Virus record (IMG/VR): IMGVR_UViG_3300027828_000007
Location: 1 to 46,771 of that record
Strand: one strand, 5' to 3'
From: a virus
Taxonomy: Duplodnaviria; Caudoviricetes
DNA length: 46,771 nucleotides
In this document: piece after piece, positions 45,264-46,771 of the stretch
Position numbering within the stretch: position 1 is the first letter of the stretch
Layout: each line of letters starts with the position of its first letter
Program-made: the position numbers and the translations under genes
The notes under the pieces: generated by a model
The model's input: only the letters and a program-made list of their open reading frames with translations
Told to the model about the DNA's origin: nothing
Database searches by the model: none

Positions 45264-45481
45264 TGGGCTAACCCCCTGTCTCGGCGCTCCCACGACACAC
45301 CAAGTTCCTTGGCCTTTGCGGCGATTGTAGCGCCCGCCTCTACGGGGTCCATCGTCTCAAACGGGAAGCCCTTGGCGTCTTGCATCAAGCTCGTGACGTT
45401 GCCGTTATGATCCAGCGCCGCGACGCTATACGCCCCCGTTTGGGGGTGACGCCCAAGGCGCAGTCTATCAATTTTACCCAT
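45260..45481 (-). CDS. Hypothetical protein
   Basis: AAGGAG SD. Confidence 0.65.
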   Translation of the reverse strand: MGKIDRLRLGRHPQTGAYSVAALDHNGNVTSLMQDAKGFPFETMDPVEAGATIAAKAKELGVSWERRDRGLAQ

Positions 45482-45505
45482 TTGCTCGGTCTCCTTTAGT
45501 TTGAA

Positions 45506-45700
45506 TTATCCCTTGCGAGTTTGTAACGCCTCCAAGGCAAGCCCTACCCATTTGGGCAAGGGGTTTACCCCGTTAAACCATTTCTGCACCGTGTCAGGGT
45601 GAATGCCAGCGTCATCGGCAAAGGCTTTGCATAGTCCCCAGCGTGATAGGCGCGGGCCGTATAGACGGGCGAGCCTGGTTTGTAGTTGGTTCGGGGTCAT
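45506..45700 (-). CDS. Small HTH protein
   Basis: AFADDAGIHPDTVQKW.NG..PLPKWV. Confidence 0.7.
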   Translation of the reverse strand: MTPNQLQTRLARLYGPRLSRWGLCKAFADDAGIHPDTVQKWFNGVNPLPKWVGLALEALQTRKG

Positions 45701-45906
45701 TGGGCGGCCCCGGCGGCTTCGAGGCGGTCATAGATTTCTTTGCCGTTTTCGGTCAGGCTTTCGTATCCTTTCCACATTGCCCCCGGCGTGAAATACTTAG
45801 AGATGCGACATTGCCTCGCGTACAGGTCCGACCACTGGCCGGAATGATAGTCCACCGCGAAGGCGTAATGTGCCGATACAATGTCAAAGCGGTCAAAATA
45901 AGCCAT
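45697..45906 (-). CDS. Conserved small early protein
   Basis: FDRFDI..A...DYHSGQWS.LY..L.ENGKEIY; AGAAGGAG SD. Confidence 0.7.
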   Translation of the reverse strand: MAYFDRFDIVSAHYAFAVDYHSGQWSDLYARQCRISKYFTPGAMWKGYESLTENGKEIYDRLEAAGAAQ

Positions 45907-45949
45907 ATTTCCAGTCTCCTTCTATCGCGTCACCATTAACGCGGGTTAA

Positions 45950-45969
45950 GGGCTGGCCGGAACCAGCCC
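45950..45969. terminator. Hairpin GGGCTGG/CCAGCCC between early genes
   Basis: 7-bp GC stem without U-tract; role uncertain. Confidence 0.3.
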
Positions 45970-45980
45970 CTAGCGCCTCA

Positions 45981-46295
45981 TTAATCGGCTAAAACCCGGC
46001 CAGCTTCCACGGTCTCAACCCGGAGATTTTCAAGGTCGTGAGGATTGACCATTGTATAGGTGTTGCCAGTCTCGCCGTGAGCCTCGATCAACAGCGCCGG
46101 GGACCATCCCATTTTAGCGATTAACGCGAGGGCCGCGCGGCGGTGCGGATCATCCGTTTCGCCTGAATGATAACCGACCCAGGCGGTGCGCCCCATGCCA
46201 GCATCAGCCTTGACGCGCGATCCCTTGGTGTTGGTGGGTCCATAATACTTGGTTTGGATTGCCACGGTGCGGGCGTTTATGATATTCGGTTCCAT
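45981..46295 (-). CDS. Conserved small early protein (IQTKYYGPTNTKGSRVKA family)
   Basis: Motif; AGGA SD. Confidence 0.7.
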   Translation of the reverse strand: MEPNIINARTVAIQTKYYGPTNTKGSRVKADAGMGRTAWVGYHSGETDDPHRRAALALIAKMGWSPALLIEAHGETGNTYTMVNPHDLENLRVETVEAGRVLAD

Positions 46296-46370
46296 AGTCC
46301 TATTTCCTTCTGTTCAGGTTTGGGATTAGCGCCGGGGGAAGATTCCAGTCTCGCCCCCGGCGTGAATTGT

Positions 46371-46454
46371 TTAGCGTTGCGAAGTCTCGATAATGTCAAA
46401 AGCTATCAGGATCAGGCTCGCGATAAACAAAACAGTCAAAATCAATGCCGTCAT
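46371..46454 (-). CDS. 27-aa single-TM microprotein MTALILTVLFIASLILIAFDIIETSQR
   Basis: AGAAGGAG SD directly after strong promoter. Confidence 0.6.
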   Translation of the reverse strand: MTALILTVLFIASLILIAFDIIETSQR

Positions 46455-46495
46455 TTCCAGTCTCCTTCTTCGCGCTCTGTTGCGCTGATAGGTAT

Positions 46496-46524
46496 AAGAT
46501 AGGCTCTGACGCATTGACCGTCAA
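46496..46524 (-). promoter_or_regulatory. Leftward sigma70-like promoter
   Basis: TTGACG-N17-TATCTT; -35 lies within palindrome ATTGACCGTCAAT. Confidence 0.7.
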
Positions 46525-46551
46525 TACCTAATCTCAAATAAAAATAGGGTA

Positions 46552-46580
46552 TTGCCAAGAAACGGCGGATTTGCTAGGAT
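46552..46580 (+). promoter_or_regulatory. Rightward sigma70-like promoter toward junction ORF/terS
   Basis: TTGCCA-N17-TAGGAT. Confidence 0.6.
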
Positions 46581-46644
46581 AAAAGACGAAAAAAAGTGAC
46601 GGTTCGCCTTATGTTCCATCCAATCGAGGGTCTGGCCATGGCAG

Positions 46645-46771
46645 ACAAGCAAAGCGACAAAGCCAAGGAACCTTGCCCCTCGTTCGCGGACATACTTGGA
46701 ATGCGCGACCAATTGAGACTTGTCATTCACTCGCGCAAAGAATGGGTTAAGCTCATGGACATGGTACAAGC
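46645..46771. repeat. Terminal direct repeat, right copy
   Basis: Identical to 1-127. Confidence 0.95.

Noticed and set aside
45936-45949. CtrA box
   Set aside because: TTAA-N6-TTAA; canonical spacing is N7
46645-46771. 127-bp end repeat as a biological terminal repeat
   Set aside because: Length equals a common assembler k-mer and it interrupts an ORF; indicates circular assembly only

Overview
The window is an apparently complete, circularly assembled ~46.6 kb tailed-phage genome. The first and last 127 bp are identical, which most likely reflects assembly k-mer overlap. The virion module is podovirus-like, in the BPP-1/epsilon15/T7-type order: TerL, portal, scaffold, major capsid, cement protein, tail adaptor and nozzle, three ejection proteins, tail fibre, then endolysin, holin and overlapping spanins. 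The early regions are lambdoid, with divergent sigma70 promoters, a Cro-like HTH, a Sak/Rad52 annealase, SSB, DnaB and an HTH initiator carrying internal iterons. No integrase or CI-like repressor is recognisable. GcrA-like and GapR-like genes point to an alphaproteobacterial host. The most interesting signals are non-coding. (1) Two unrelated-sequence, tRNA-like three-way-junction RNAs have loops that are antisense to a downstream translation start (C4-like); one of them sits on the replication initiator. (2) A phage-specific late-promoter motif, GGTGCGTT-N21-CAWTNT, places TerL, tail adaptor and tail fibre on apparently leaderless mRNAs. (3) A 28-bp dif/XerCD-like site lies next to terS. (4) Twin hairpins with pyrimidine-rich loops occur at three places. 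Unusual coding features include a dual-frame (nested alpha/beta) C5 methyltransferase, a LapG/BTLCP-like protease, a sulfotransferase in the tail operon and two RMF-like proteins. All protein family calls are by eye from motifs and synteny; no searches were run.
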